Source: the human T2T-CHM13v2.0 reference genome, Homo sapiens
DNA length: 64,000 nucleotides
Assembly: GCF_009914755.1 (NCBI RefSeq)
Contig: NC_060937.1
Reading direction: 5' to 3' (one strand)
The translations under genes were made by a program, and so were the position numbers. Below are positions 13,581-27,100 of this stretch, in pieces (positions within the stretch are counted from its first letter, which is position 1; each line of letters starts with the position of its first letter). Below the pieces are notes generated by a model. It worked only from the letters and a program-made list of their open reading frames with translations. It did not search any database and was not told where the DNA came from.

Positions 13581-14815
13581 AATGGGTTTGAAGTTTCAAT
13601 CCAGCAGAGACGTAGCAGCATCCTGTGGTCAGTTGAATGGACTCATGCTGTGTATTTTGTGCTAGAAATCTTTTCATTTCTTTGAAGTATTATGTCTCCA
13701 CAGACGGGGAAACAATCAAAACTGGAGAAACCAGTTTCTATTTGAGAACATTAACAGATAAAATGAACATGGGTACAGTTTTGCCCATTTTATTTTATTT
13801 TTATGTAATCTAAAACAGGAAAAGAGGTTCTTGTTTTGTTTAAATAGAATCTTTCTTCAGATAGGAAGCTTGTGAGCAAAACAATTAGATTATATATTAT
13901 TTTTGTGTGGAGATGTCACATACACTTTATTTGAAATACTTTGTTTGAAGTATCTCCAGATATGAATATGAAGACATACGAAAAATACTTAGACAACATG
14001 TAAATGTGCTGGCTCTTCTGAATTAGGATGTATTATCCCTTTTGTGAGAAAATGGGGTGAGAAGAATATGTAAAAAGATAGATTTGTGGCACTTTACTTT
14101 CTGACCATAGGAGTTTGGGGGTCCAAAGTATTTTTTTTTTATTTCGTACTTGTTTAGGGCTTTGGGTTAAATAACATTTATTTATTCATATTTGGTTGTA
14201 TTAGACCCAAAATTGTGAACACTCTTACAAATTTCATTAAGTTAAAATTGGTCAGTCAAATAAATATTATATCAGGTCAGTTAGTAGCACATTCTGATTC
14301 TATATCTGTGCTTTGATTTGTTGATTAATATGGTCAAAGAAGAAGAAAACTCTTTAAAAATGTTTCTTTTCAGAATATGAACTTCTTTATATTTCGGCAT
14401 GGTAATGGCATAGGCATTCCCAGCTCATTTCTTATTTATTTAAGCTTATACCACCTCAAATGCTTTCATGTCTCCATCAAGCATGCATGCATTGATTTAT
14501 TCAGCAAATCTTTATTGACTATTTGCCTCCAAAGTAGCAGGCACATTAGTCTCCATATTTAGATAAGAATTCATATCTAACATCACCTTTACCACATTCA
14601 TATTATATCAATTAATTGTAAACAATATATGTGTATTTTCAAAATATACATTTTTGGTTTTAATTCATTGAACCTCAGAGAATGTGATATCTGCTATTTT
14701 GAACTGTTAGAATTTATTGAACTTTTTATTGTGGTATAAAATAAGGATAATTGGATGGATAATTAGATGAATAATATGTGGCCACTTGGAAAATAAAAAA
14801 AAAAAAGGAAAACTC

Positions 14816-14893
14816 TCTCAATAGAAAGATGGAAACTTTTCCATCTCAATAGAAAGATGGAAACTTTTCCATCTCAATAGAAAGATGGAAACT
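14816..14893. repeat. 28-bp tandem repeat, ~2.8 perfect copies, with an internal hairpin
   Basis: Unit tctcaatagaaagatggaaacttttcca at 14816, 14844 and 14872 (partial). Confidence 0.92.
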
Positions 14894-14899
14894 GTTTCA

Positions 14900-15760
14900 C
14901 TCTTTCCAACATAGACTTGCAAGTCACACCATGTCAGTTCTGCTACCTGCCATTGGGTAAAGTGAGTCACTAGGCCAGCTTATTTTCAAGGGGAGATAAA
15001 CCCCATCTTGAGAGAAAGAACATCAGTAGATTTACCAATTATTTTTAAACAATCACAGTTTGCTTTCTGACCACAAATTATTTATACTTATCCACATGCT
15101 TAATAGACTCAGACTCTCCCAAGATCCTCAGAAGTGTTATCTATTACATCATTGGTATAATGTAATAGATAATTTATTGTCTATTACATCATTAATCTTA
15201 GGTTTGAGCTTCAGGATCCTGTCATGTATTTCAGATTTAGGGACAGATGAGGCTTCTTGGGTACTATATTTGGGATACTGTTTCTCGAATGTCATTTCTC
15301 TTCATTGGAAGTCCTGTCAAGGTATCTACCGCTGGTGATCTCAACATCCAATAATGCCGTCAGTATAAAGAAACCACCTTGGACCCTAGCATTCTTAAAG
15401 GGGGAAAAGAGGCACAAAGCAGTCACTGTCTGGTAGCAATTCTGAAACCCAGCTGGGCACGTGTTGGCAATCTCTTAATTAGTACCCACTCTTTTCTGGG
15501 GATGTTCTCCTTTAATCTTTACTCTACTCTCTGGGCTTTGGGTTCTAGCCTTTAAATTCACCTTCCTTTAACATAAAATGTAGCGCATGTCTGCAGCCAA
15601 ATAATTTTCTCAGCTTTCTTCCTGCAAGTAGTAGTTTGGGGGTCCAAAGTATTTTTTATGTTGTGCTGTCTCTTCCTTTGTAGTCCGAGTAATTGTGTTC
15701 CCAGTAATGTAAATTTCTTAAACATTCTGAGTTTTTTGTAGGTCTTATTGAAGTTCATTC
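14900..15760 (-). mobile_element. Old MLT1 LTR end plus MaLR internal sequence
   Basis: agtcacaccatgtcagttctgc..ttgggtaaagtgagtcactaggccagc resembles MLT1. cagccaaataattttctcagc..gggggtcc resembles MLT1-int. Confidence 0.45.
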
Positions 15761-15858
15761 CATTATGGAATTATTAGAAACTTTATGCTTATGAATTAGT
15801 GGAGATATATGAAGTGCCCATTTACGGACTTTACAGGCCTCTTGTCTGTTTTGAATGG

Positions 15859-16298
15859 TGCTATGGTTTGGATGTTTGTCTCCTCCTGAACTCATGTTGA
15901 AACGTAATCTCCATTGTGGCAGTATTTGGAGGTGGGTCTTTAAGAGGTGATTGGATCATTAGAACTCTGCCCTGATGAGTCGATTATTCTTTAATGGATT
16001 AATATATCAATGGGTTAATGAATTAATAGGTTATCATGGGAGGGAGACTAGTGGCTTTATAAGAAGTCAGGAAGAGAGACCTGAGCTATCACAGTCAGCC
16101 TCCTCACATGTGATGCCCTGAGCTGCCTTGGGACCCTGCAGAAAGTCCCCATCCCACCAGAGCAAGAAGTCTCCGGCCAGATGTGGACCGTTGACCTTGG
16201 ACTTCTCAGTCTCCATAATTGTAAGAAATCAATTTATTTTCTTAATAAATTACTCAGTCTCAGGTATTCTGTATAAGCAACAGAAAACAAACTAAAAA
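15859..16298 (+). mobile_element. MST-family (MSTB/MSTD-like) solo LTR
   Basis: tgctatggtttggatgtttgtc..ctcatgttgaaa at the start and ctcaggtattctgtataagcaacagaaaacaaactaa at the end. Confidence 0.85.
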
Positions 16299-16369
16299 AA
16301 AAAAAAAAACAAGTTTATGAGACACCAACATATATAACTAGGAACTTTCTAGTAGAGTAGACCAAATAA

Positions 16370-16555
16370 AAAAACTGTATAAATACTTTTTTAAATTGTT
16401 TTTTGCATTGTTTCCGCTACAAAAGCTTTCCACTTGCCTTCCTTTGGCAGAGGTCCTAAACCACTTCCAGTTCAAAGCTGCTCAATTCATGAATTGCTAC
16501 TTGTTCAAATAAACTTTTTTAAAATTTTTATTGTGCCTCAGTTTACCTTTTTGAT
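16370..16555 (+). mobile_element. ERV1-type LTR 3' fragment (MER34/39/65-like)
   Basis: attcatgaattgctacttgttcaaataaact..ttattgtgcctcagtttacctttt resembles the R/U5 end of these LTRs. Confidence 0.45.
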
Positions 16556-16974
16556 ATAAAATTTTACATATGAAGGCACAGGAGCTGGGGCTGTCAGCTG
16601 ATTCCACTCCAGACAGCAGCTTTTTTTTCTGCAAGAGAGATCTGAGCAGTGTACTTCCAGGTCTTTGCCACAGTGCATTTCAGAAATCCTTCAAATGTTA
16701 CAGATTGTTGACATGACTTTCAGGCAGATCTAATTATTTAATATTTTATACTTTTCTTCTATTACTCTTTTAACAAGAAAGCAGTAAACAGTAAACTTGT
16801 TGTATCAAAATAAAAAAATGTGGTGGATATATTAATTTGATATTAATTTCCATGAAACAAATTATATACAACCAGCTATTTGGAATTCTAACTTAATTAA
16901 TGCCAATGGTTTCTTTCTCCTTGTTAAACCTGGTTTTTATACGTGGAATCTAACCCCATAAAAATATTGAAAGC

Positions 16975-17080
16975 CGCGGGGTGGAGCCTGCAGTGAGCCG
17001 AAATCGCGCCACTGCACTCCAGCCTGGGTGACAGCGAGACTCCGTCTCAAAAAAAAAAAAAAAAAAAAAAGAAAAAAAAA
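16975..17080 (+). mobile_element. Severely 5'-truncated AluY (3' end only)
   Basis: gcagtgagccgaaatcgcgccactgcactccagcctgggtgacagcgagactccgtctc followed by poly(A). CpGs are retained. Shared TSD core tgaaagc on both sides. Confidence 0.9.
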
Positions 17081-18317
17081 CTGAAAGCACAGAAAATATT
17101 TTATAATGTCTCTAATAGGAGAAAGATGGAACATTTGAAGTTTGTAGTGTGGTAATGGTTTTTTTAAGGAGATGGTAATTAAAATGAACACTGATGAAAA
17201 CCATAGTTCCATCTCCATCATTTTAATTTGAGCACTGAACAAACATTTCTATCCTATATTTTCTCTCACTGATTACTCACAGAATACACAATTACCTACT
17301 TTGAACCAGTATGTACACATTGCAAAAACACAGATAAAAGTGTTTAAATGATTTCTAAATTAAGGTGTAGAACTGTTTTCTATTTACTTAGTCTTCAGGA
17401 AAATTTTTATTCTCCTTTCTGCATTTTCAAAAAAAAACCCAAAAACTAGTGTCAATTTAAGAAGCTTAGCTGCTGGCAGGAAGCAAAATAGAGTAGTTGT
17501 ATTTTGGAGGGGAGTGAGGGGGATATTTTTTAAATCACTGAAATTTAACTGTTGAAATTGCATTTTGCCCTACTACTTTTTTTTTTTTACTGTCCTACTT
17601 AGCATTTGAATTGCTTGACGTAGATATAAAATTTACATTTACAATTCCAAAATTATAGCTCCCTGTTCAAATTAATATAAAATCTGTCTAGCTTCATTTC
17701 CCTCTGCATATGCACTACAGCTCTACATTATAAAACAAAGTTCAAAACTACATAGATAAGTATAGTTATATGACATTAATATATTTAAAAGGCATCAATT
17801 CAACAAGAATATTAACAATTCTGAGACTATTTGCTTTCAAAACATAGTTTAAAATTGTACAAAGCAAAATTCAACAGAATTAAGGACTAAAAATACAAAT
17901 TCATAATCCTAGTTTAATCATTCATATATCAATAAAATAGCTAATAAGAATACAAACAATAAGTATGCATGTAGAGAATCTTAAAAATACAATGAAATTT
18001 TTGATAAGATGCTGAAATTCATGTCAATAAGAAAATGCAAACTAAAAATCACAATTAAATATTACTACTATAGGGGTGCCGTGATGCTCTATTGAAATAT
18101 CCTAAGAGCTTAAATACCCACCTATCAGCTTCTGGAGATGGTGGTGAACAATAACTTTTTCATGCTCAGATGCAAAGGAATAGCCCCCTTTCTCAATTTG
18201 GGTCACATTTTCTCAATTGAGAAAAGGGCCTATTTCTTTGCATCTTTGCAGAGTTATCTTAAGCTCTGAGTCTTAAGATCCCATTCATCTTCATTAAGTA
18301 TCTGATGCTGATGAGGA

Positions 18318-19033
18318 TGAAACCACCTTTGCAAAAATTATAAGATGAAGAAAATTATGACAGTGTAAGAGATCTGATCTAACCAACCCCATCTTGCTTT
18401 TAACCTCCAAACTGCCTTTAGTCATTCCTGGTTATGGGCCAAGCTAACTTTGAGTGAAATTTAGTTTATAGTTTAAATGATAATAGCCCTTCCCCAAAAC
18501 TATACCAGTCTTGAAAAACTAATGAAATGCCACCAGGTTACGAGAATGAGAAGGGCCTGAATTCTACTAAGATGTAGGCATAGTTAAATGATTACCAGCC
18601 GCTATTCTGGAGGTCACAAGATCTGCAACTTCCCCAATTACTCCTATAGATAACATCACTATTGTAAAAACAAAGACTGGCCTTGGAGATGTCTTTTCAG
18701 GCTTTTTCAATTCTGACAGTTGGGTGGCCCCACCGAGACCTGTGATTCAACCAGTCCTGTCAATCCCACCCAAGAACAGATTCAGTGCAGAAGGACCATT
18801 TTCCACCCCTAAGATTGCATCCCCAGCCAATCATCAGCACTCATACCCTATCTCCCTCCTCAGAAAACTGTCTTTGAAAAACCCCTAACCTTTGAGCCTT
18901 CCATGAGATTGATTTGAGGCTTAACTCCCTCTCCTGCATGGTGCGGACAGCCTCTTGTCAATTAAACTCTTTCTTTACTGCAATGTCATGGCCTTGATGG
19001 ACTGATTTTGTCTGAGCTGTGGGCAGGATAGAA
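18318..19033 (+). mobile_element. LTR8-family solo LTR (ERV1)
   Basis: Starts tgaaaccacctttgcaaaaattataa..attatgacagtg..atctaaccaaccccatcttgc. attaaactctttc near the 3' end. Confidence 0.85.
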
Positions 19034-19223
19034 TTCAACTTTTCATTTGCCTCTCCATGTGTCTGAGAACCAATGGAGTGGAAGTAGAAATAGGATTAAT
19101 CATGCACCGTCCTTCTGGTGACCCATTGGAGGATTGTACTTTCCATTCCCCAAGTGTAAAGCAATATACTTCTAGATGTCCTACTTCCCAAAGGGGAAAT
19201 GCTTTTACTGGGAGGTATAGTGA

Positions 19224-19926
19224 TATTACCAGTGGCAAGTCTGTATGGGTCTGCAGCAACTCTATTCTTGCCTCCTAGAAGGAGTGAATTTGGCCAAGGA
19301 ACGTAAGACAGAGTGAGAGACCGAGGCAGGTTTTAGAGCAGGAATGAAAGTTTATTTAAAAGTTTTAGAGCAGGAACAAAAGGAAGTAAAATACATTTGG
19401 AAGAGGGCCAAACAGGCAAATTGAAAGATCCAAGTACCCTGTCTGACCTTTGATTTGGGGTTTTATACATTGGCATCTTTCTGAAGTTTGCATTTCTTCT
19501 CCCTTGATTTTTTCTTGGGGCAGGCTGTCCGCATGCGCAGTGGTCTTCTAGTATGTAGGAAGGACTGCACGTGCGGTGTGTTTATTGAAATTGTGTGCAT
19601 GTTTATTTGAGGTGATTTTCCCTTACAAGTCGAGTGTTCCTAGAGGAAGATCATATATCAGTTAAACTCTGCCATTTTGTCTCTTAGTGCACATGCTTGA
19701 GCCCGCTCACCCAGCTCTTGAGATCTGATCAAGAAGCTGCTGATCACCAGCTTCAGGTGTTTTCTATCTTTTGGGAGACTGTCTTTCCTTGGCATCAGCT
19801 GCAACCAATCATTATTTTAGAGGGACAGTTTAACAAACTCCAGACCATCACCTGATGGTCACCTGACATTCTTTGGTTGGGGTCTCTCCCACCCTGCTCA
19901 TGTCTGCCTAGCTACCTACTCTAACA
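19224..19926 (-). mobile_element. MER50-type solo LTR (ERV1)
   Basis: The reverse complement starts TGTTAGAGTAGGTAGCTAGGCAGACATGAGCAGGG. AATAAA on the minus strand near 19351. Confidence 0.8.
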
Positions 19927-20399
19927 GGTCACCATAACAGGAAGAGTAAGTGTTTCTCATCACTAGGGAAAGCAGGGCTGCTGTTACACAACAGGGGAAG
20001 GGAGGAATGTTATGGGTGCTCAGGTGATCTACTAGGGCATACTTTGGGTTCACATGCCCAATTTCAACTGTGAATTCACACAGAAATGCAGTCATCATGG
20101 CATGAGGAAATGAAGGTAGCCAGAGTCTGAATCCTCAAGGTTATGTGCCTGAATCCTGTCACAAAGCATTCCACCTAGACCATATAAGTGCTAGCTAAGA
20201 GGGAGAGAAATCTAGAATAGATGATGGAATAAGGGGATAGTAAATTGTAATTATTACCTTTAAATCAATTGCAATATTGGCTATGGTTTTTCTCATAAAC
20301 TGTTTCCTTGTAAGTTTCGCAGTAACACCACCAACTAGAATTTTATTCAAAGATAAGAATAAGCAAATGGGTGTGAGTGGGACAAAGTGGAGAATATAG

Positions 20400-20685
20400 T
20401 ACATAATGTCGGGTTCTGTCCAGATCTCTTCCTCTGGGCTGATGTGTGCCTGTCTTAGTTGCTGGGCGTATTAGCTGCCAGTACTTCACAGCTGCATCTA
20501 CCTCAGAGACTTGCTCTTGTCTGCAGGCAATTGTCTCAATCAAGATTGAACTTGGTCTCAAGTGTCCTGAATCCAGTGATTATCTAATCTGTGATACAAA
20601 GACTAACTACCTTGCCTCCATTTTGAGAAACCCGGAAGTGCTGCTATTTTAGTTCCAGAGCTTCTCACAGGAAGGCTTAAGATCT
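20400..20685 (+). mobile_element. LTR16-like ERVL LTR remnant
   Basis: gtccagatctcttcc..gttgctgggcgtattagctgcc..tcacagctg and cttgcctc..ccagagcttctcacagga resemble recalled LTR16 consensus. Confidence 0.45.
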
Positions 20686-23124
20686 AAGAAGTTGAGGTAA
20701 GAGAATATTTGAATGATTTATATGTAATTTATAGTAATTGATGGTGATGAGAAGGTGCTATTTTTCTCGAGAGTTCAGTAAGCTGGTTCTAAAATTATAT
20801 TATGAAAATTACATAAATACACACACATTTTAGCATTACAACACATGAATATCAAGATGAATACCAATGTACTATATGGAAGAAAAATTAATATTTACTA
20901 AAATATGAGTGGATATTCCTAGAGTGTATATCTTTAAATGTTTATGCTATCTTCTTTAAAAACCTAACGTTAATGATGATGCCCATTTTACATACTGTTA
21001 GGTTTGCTTTACACACATTTAAGTTCACTTATCAAAAAATGTGTATGTTAAGCAAAGCAAATTCTGTAGCCGTTTTCTACCCTCAGTTACATAACCTATG
21101 CTGTGGAAACTAAAAATCTCAGCTGAGCTATAGTCAAGAAATTTCTTGCCTTATCAGCAGGAGAATGACACTGCAGCTCCTGGGAGCTTTCCTTTTCTCC
21201 TATTTGAGCAACCTCAACCTGAAACAGCACAAATTTGTGCATAAGTAAAGCGTGTAGACAAAGCAGATGCTATAGTGATCCTCTCCTATAGAAAAAGGAG
21301 GAATTATTGCACTCTAAGGCAAGGATACTATGGTAATTAGCCATAGGGCGCATGTAGTTACACAGGAAAACATTAGCAAGATATCTAGACTTCTATTTGG
21401 CTCCGTGTGACTTAATTGCCTTCTACTGATGATCCCTACACATAGCCCTGTGCTTCTTATGCTCAGAGGTCATGCTGGCTGAAAGTCCAAAAATAAAAGT
21501 GATGCCTAACCTCCACATCACACATCCACATTGCCCTAACACCAACCAGTGATCAAATAAGTCCCTAACCTATGCTCTTCATTTTCAATAAATAAAACCA
21601 TGAAATTAGAAATTAGACCCTGTGCTAAATACAATGCCTAAGTTTTATTAAGATTCTAGCTCTCATGAATGGAAAAAAAAAATCAGTAACTCAGAAAAGA
21701 GCAGCTGATGGTAGCTATTGTTTAAATTGCTTATATATATGAATGTATGTGCACTGTCTATAATGTGACACTTGCTCAATATATATTTTATTAGTAATGT
21801 TTTATTTAGTTGTAAGTACTCAGGGATTATTTATCTTATACATAGTTATACTTATTGTATTAAGGAAATATAAGTAATGCTACGTATTTGAGATGAAAAC
21901 AACCAAATTAATGTCAGTCACCTTTGTTCTGAATCTCAGCTAAATCTATTTAATATGTGATTTGGGGCAGATTTCAGTTGTTCTTGACCTCATTTTCGAC
22001 ACTTGTAAGATATATCATTTAAAATCACTTTCAACATTTAAAAAGATAATTGAAATTTAGAATGTGCTCTATTTGTGAGGTTATTATGAAGATAAGTAGA
22101 AGGACGGTTTCCTGAAACTCTAAGGATGTGCATACATACAAAGAAGCCAGTCATTCTTCTTTCATAAAAAACGCTTTCTTGGTTGTCTTGTCTGAGCATT
22201 GTGGATCTTGTTTTTAGCAGTACTCAAACAATTTCTTTAATGTGGAATATTATCTAGAGCAACAAAACTGTAAGTTACAAAATGATATAAACACTGACAG
22301 TCAGTTGACAGTTTACTTAAGGAGAATTCCTACAGCAAATTACCAGTAATTCTGAAGCTCAATTCTGGTCCTGTTCTGAGGCTAACTAGCTCATTTTACT
22401 ATGATCTACTGATTGAAATGTACATAAAATCTTTGATCTGGATCCATGGCAGACATATGTTCATTAAGAAAAAACTGTAATTTGATTTTTTCAGCACTCA
22501 TCAATAGGCTTCTATGTTCCACATATTGAGTTGGCTTATAAAGGTGAATATGTCACAAATCCTTCTCTCAAAGATTCCAGATATTAGTTGAAAGCATGAA
22601 TAATTATAACACACCAACTATTTTAGGTCCTACAGAAGCAGAAAAGATGGAGGATCCATTCAGCTAAGGTTTGGAAATATTAACAGATGAAGTTATGTTA
22701 GAGCTTCATCTAGTTCAGCAGGTGATCAATGTTATTCTCAGGTGGAGAAAATTAAGTGCAAATTATCAGATGCAAAAATTACATCTGAAGTTTTGTTTTA
22801 TCTGAAGTTTTGTTACATCTGAATTAGTTTTGAAGTCGCTCAGCAAAGGCAAGCTCACCACTAGGTTACAAAATCAATTTCTACCTACCTGCGACCTTTG
22901 TCTCTGCATTCTGTTATATAGTCTCTTTCCAACCAATGGAGTTGTGGCTTCTTAGAACACTATAATTTTATTTCTTAAATCAAATCCTCAAATGGCCATC
23001 CTAGATGTCAGGTCCATTGCTCTTGCTGGAAGAAAGGATGGAGGACAGGCATCACATGTGTGGTGAATTTGACTAGCTTTCTAGAAGAGATCGTGGCTCA
23101 AATTATTCCCAAATTGACTATTTG

Positions 23125-23390
23125 AAGCTATTTCGATTGGCACCTGTGCCCCTTTGGCATTCCCCATCCTTTTGTTTTTTGACCACTTCCTTGATTTTTG
23201 GCCCTAGAAGATGTTCCAGGCTCATCTTGTATTTTTCCTCTTCCAGCTCTAAAATCAGTTGTTTCTCCAAGAAGGTTGAATTCCTTTAATGAGAGAATAG
23301 TATTTGCAACCAAGATCAGGGCATAGGAAATGCTCACTGCCACTGGAATAGCATTGCCTCTAGGACCTGTTGGCAGACTGAGTTAGAAAA
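23125..23390 (-). mobile_element. L1MC-type 3'UTR fragment
   Basis: cacttccttgatttttggc..agatgttccaggctcatcttgtattttt..gtttctccaag. Confidence 0.7.
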
Positions 23391-23734
23391 AATTTTTTCT
23401 ATGATAGATAAAGTATAATCCAACTTCAGTGAAAGAAGTAGCAGTATATGTGGGCAACAGTCATTTTTAACATACTTTTAAATTTGATATTTATTAGACA
23501 CAATGGTAAGAGTTAAATATTATGCTTAATCCTGCTGTTATGATTTTTCTGAAGTTATGGTTTACTTGTGTTGTATAAGCTGGTTGATAAAGTTCGATGT
23601 TACTAAGACAGCCAGGAAAATGAGAATAGGGCGATTTAGGGATGCCATATATGCTGGTATCCAGAGGGTACAATCAATCTAGGGACTACTTTAGGTATTG
23701 GAGACACATCTTTATAGGTAACATAAAAATACGT

Positions 23735-24135
23735 TGTTTTGTGATCACCTCATGGATATAGGATGGAGCCCCTCCCACTTAGTAGGTTGGATTTGAGCCC
23801 GATGACAATACATCCACTCCAAGAAAGTAAGAAAAATTGGTATGACTCCTATCATGAAATGTCCTGGAAAGAACAGGGCAACATCCCACAAGGTCTAAAA
23901 TGATTGGAGAGACCCAGGGAGAGCAACTGGGTTTGACCTTTTTTGCAGTTACAGAATAGGGCAGGAAGAGTGTTCCTCCACTGGCCAGGTTTATGTGGGT
24001 TGAACTTCCTGCTGGTGTCAAAGGAAAGAGCAACAGACTTACTGACTGTCCCAAATGCGAGGAAGAGGGGGAACAGGGACAGAGGCTCTAAATCTGTCGG
24101 CAGACATCAGAAATGGAGTCAGACTTTTCTACACC
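23735..24135 (-). mobile_element. Old ERVL-type LTR remnant
   Basis: Locally GC-richer block (cccacttagtaggttggatttgagcccgatgac..atggagtcagact) resembling old LTRs. Family uncertain. Confidence 0.4.
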
Positions 24136-27100
24136 ACCCATACGTTAAAACAAGTCGTGTAAATAACAGAAAGACTTTCACTTGCAATGTATAAAAGGGT
24201 TCTTAGTTATAGATTAATTTTATGGGTTAGTCAAATGCAAATAGATACCATGATTGAATAGATTTCTAAGTACAAGTTAGTACAGAAAGAAGTGCAGTTA
24301 CTAATTTAATATACCTTACAGTTTGAAACATTTTACTGAGAAAAACAAATGCACCAAGTACAGCATTGCAATCTGCACCCAATTTATTCTGAGTTTTCTT
24401 TACCTTTTGGTGACTACCATTTCAATATATGTTTTGATAAGAAGAAATCACTCATGATATAACTTATTTCCAATTTTCTGATCTTAATTGCTTGTCAACT
24501 TCTCAATATATTTTAGGAAAAGATAGAACCAAATACAATGTTACCGATGAGACAACCATTATTACAAAAATGATATGTTCTATAAAATATCAATCTATAA
24601 GTGACAAGAAAGGGGAAATTTCAAGAAGAGACCCTTATTCTGTATGCAGATAATTCATTTTTTGAATATTATATTGAAAACAAATTCTAAAAATTTTCCC
24701 CTAATCTATACTAAAAATAGTTGTATTTTTATAAATATTTTACTTATTTTAATTCAGTGATGATTTAAAAATTAGCAAGACAAAAATTTCTAAATACTTG
24801 CTATGGTGCTGCACATATTTTAACTTCGTTAAAAATTTATTAGTTTTTTTAAAGCCCTTAAATGTGTAGGAAAACATTCAAACCATTAACATGTTATGTT
24901 TATATGTTAATGCAAGTAGTTAAAAGATAAATATTCATTAATTAATCCTATATTTTTATGTCTTTACACTAGAAATATTTATTTTTAATTTATTTTAATC
25001 ACGTCATCTCTGTTCTCAGAAAAACACACTTTGGTCCATTTGGAATGAACCAAATGCATTTGGAGTATTCAAAAAGAATGTTGAAATAAAAGGTTAACCT
25101 TAAAGAGAATGAATTTGGCTATGTACTAGGGAGAGTAGATTAGATTGCAGTAACAAACAGAATGAGATAGTATAAACACTAGGCATAGTGAAGTACATTT
25201 CCACTCTATTGATAATCCTGTTACAGGGTGGTTGGTTAGTCTTTTCCATGGGTAGTTCAGGTACTGAGGCTCTTTCTGTCCAATGTCTCTGCCAACAACT
25301 TTGACGTTGTACTGGTATTTATCTGTTCAATGCACATGTAAAATAAGAACAGAAAACATGGAGGAGGCAAAGCTTCTTGGGTCTTGGCCTGGAAATTTAA
25401 TATAATACATGTTATTTCATAGCAAGTCCAAAAATAACTGTTAATAGGACCATGTGCCAAGATAAAGGAGGTGTATATGGATTGTGTTAAATAGGCATCC
25501 ACTGCAGGCTGCTAATCATTAGTCATATGGGAACTAATGCTTATTCCAAAGGTGGAGCACAGAGTAACAGCAAGGCTAAGCTGTAGGCTTTTTGAATTTG
25601 CAGTGATAAAATTTCTAAAGTAAAAACCTGTCTCAGACAGGATCAGCACAGAAATTGTACTATACAGAGGCTGGAAGTAAAGTGTCTCAGTAATGACAAC
25701 CAGGTATAACTTAGCACAGGAGAGATCAGGATTAGTGATATTTTATTAACAATTATTAGTGTTTATGATACATAATTAATATTATAAGGAGATTCATCTT
25801 GTGCATAGTTAATCTATGAGAGAATTAAACCAAGGATTTTTTTTCATTTTTCATTATTTTTCTCATGTTCTTTTATTTATTCTAGAAAACGATGTGATAA
25901 AAATAAGTTACTGTTCTGAATAGCTAGTGAAAATTTACACAGAAAAATAATATATTTTTAAAATAATCCATTAATATATAGTAACAAACCCATTTTTATT
26001 CTGAGGTTAATCCGCATGTGAAATGATTAGGCCAGGCATTGCAACTCTAATTCCCCATGCTTGTGCATTGAGCTGCCATTTGTTACATCTGTTTGCATTA
26101 GTCATTTTGACGCCTAGTGCACAGTAAAATCAAGACTAACTACAGATAAAGCAGAAAATTTAGTGGGAAAATGTGATGAATCCTTAAATTATTTTTATTA
26201 TTCCATCTGGATGGCAATTATATTGCTTTGTGGGGTTTTTATAAGATCACAGTAAATATAACCATCTTCTCAGGAGATTAAGTTATTGGTGAAGAGTCAC
26301 TTTAATAAATAAATATTTACACAACTTGGAAATTGTGTAAATGTAAAATGTAATGACATTTATGACTTTAAAAACTTCACTATTGAAATGTACAAATTTA
26401 AATGACAATGTTAAGATTGCCAGATATAATGCTCTAGTTTAATGAAGTAGCTAGTAATTTTTAAGCAAGGCTTTTTTTCAACCTTGTGTCATAATTAACC
26501 ACATATCTAGAAAATATCTTGTAGCTAATCATATAAAACAAATTCCTGGCTGTTATAGCCTTAGAATTAGCACTAACTAAAACTCTAGTAACAATTTTCT
26601 TTACTAGTATTTATTAATTAGTTTGGTTTTCTGGCAGAAATAGGATGAGTCAATGAAAATCTGTCTCATATTATTATAAAGAATTCGAAATTCCAATGCT
26701 TAGTTCAGAATGCAGTCATGCACAATGCTTCATCCCCTCTACAGACACTGTTCAATCTTAGTGTGATGCTGGCCAATGGAATATAAACAAAAGTGGGGAC
26801 TGCAACTTCCAGGAGTTGCCAATAAAAGGAAAGTATGTGACTTTCTCCTCCCTATTCCTCCTCCTGTTTGGGATATTGATAAGGGAATCTGGAATTGGAG
26901 TAGTTATCGTGGACCCTGAAGTGAATCTGAGAATGGAGGTTACACATGGTGGAGGAACCTACTTCTGCCATTTTATACAAAAGATAAATCATTTTATTTA
27001 TCATTTGATTATCTCATTATTAGATCAAATAAGGCTTAATTGATGTAATGCATATCATAGCTTGATAAGGCAGAGCTACTAGACCCAACAGAAAAACTTT

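Noticed and set aside
14816-14893. CRISPR-like 28-bp hairpin repeat
   Set aside because: No spacers (head-to-tail identical units), no cas genes, and a primate genomic context.
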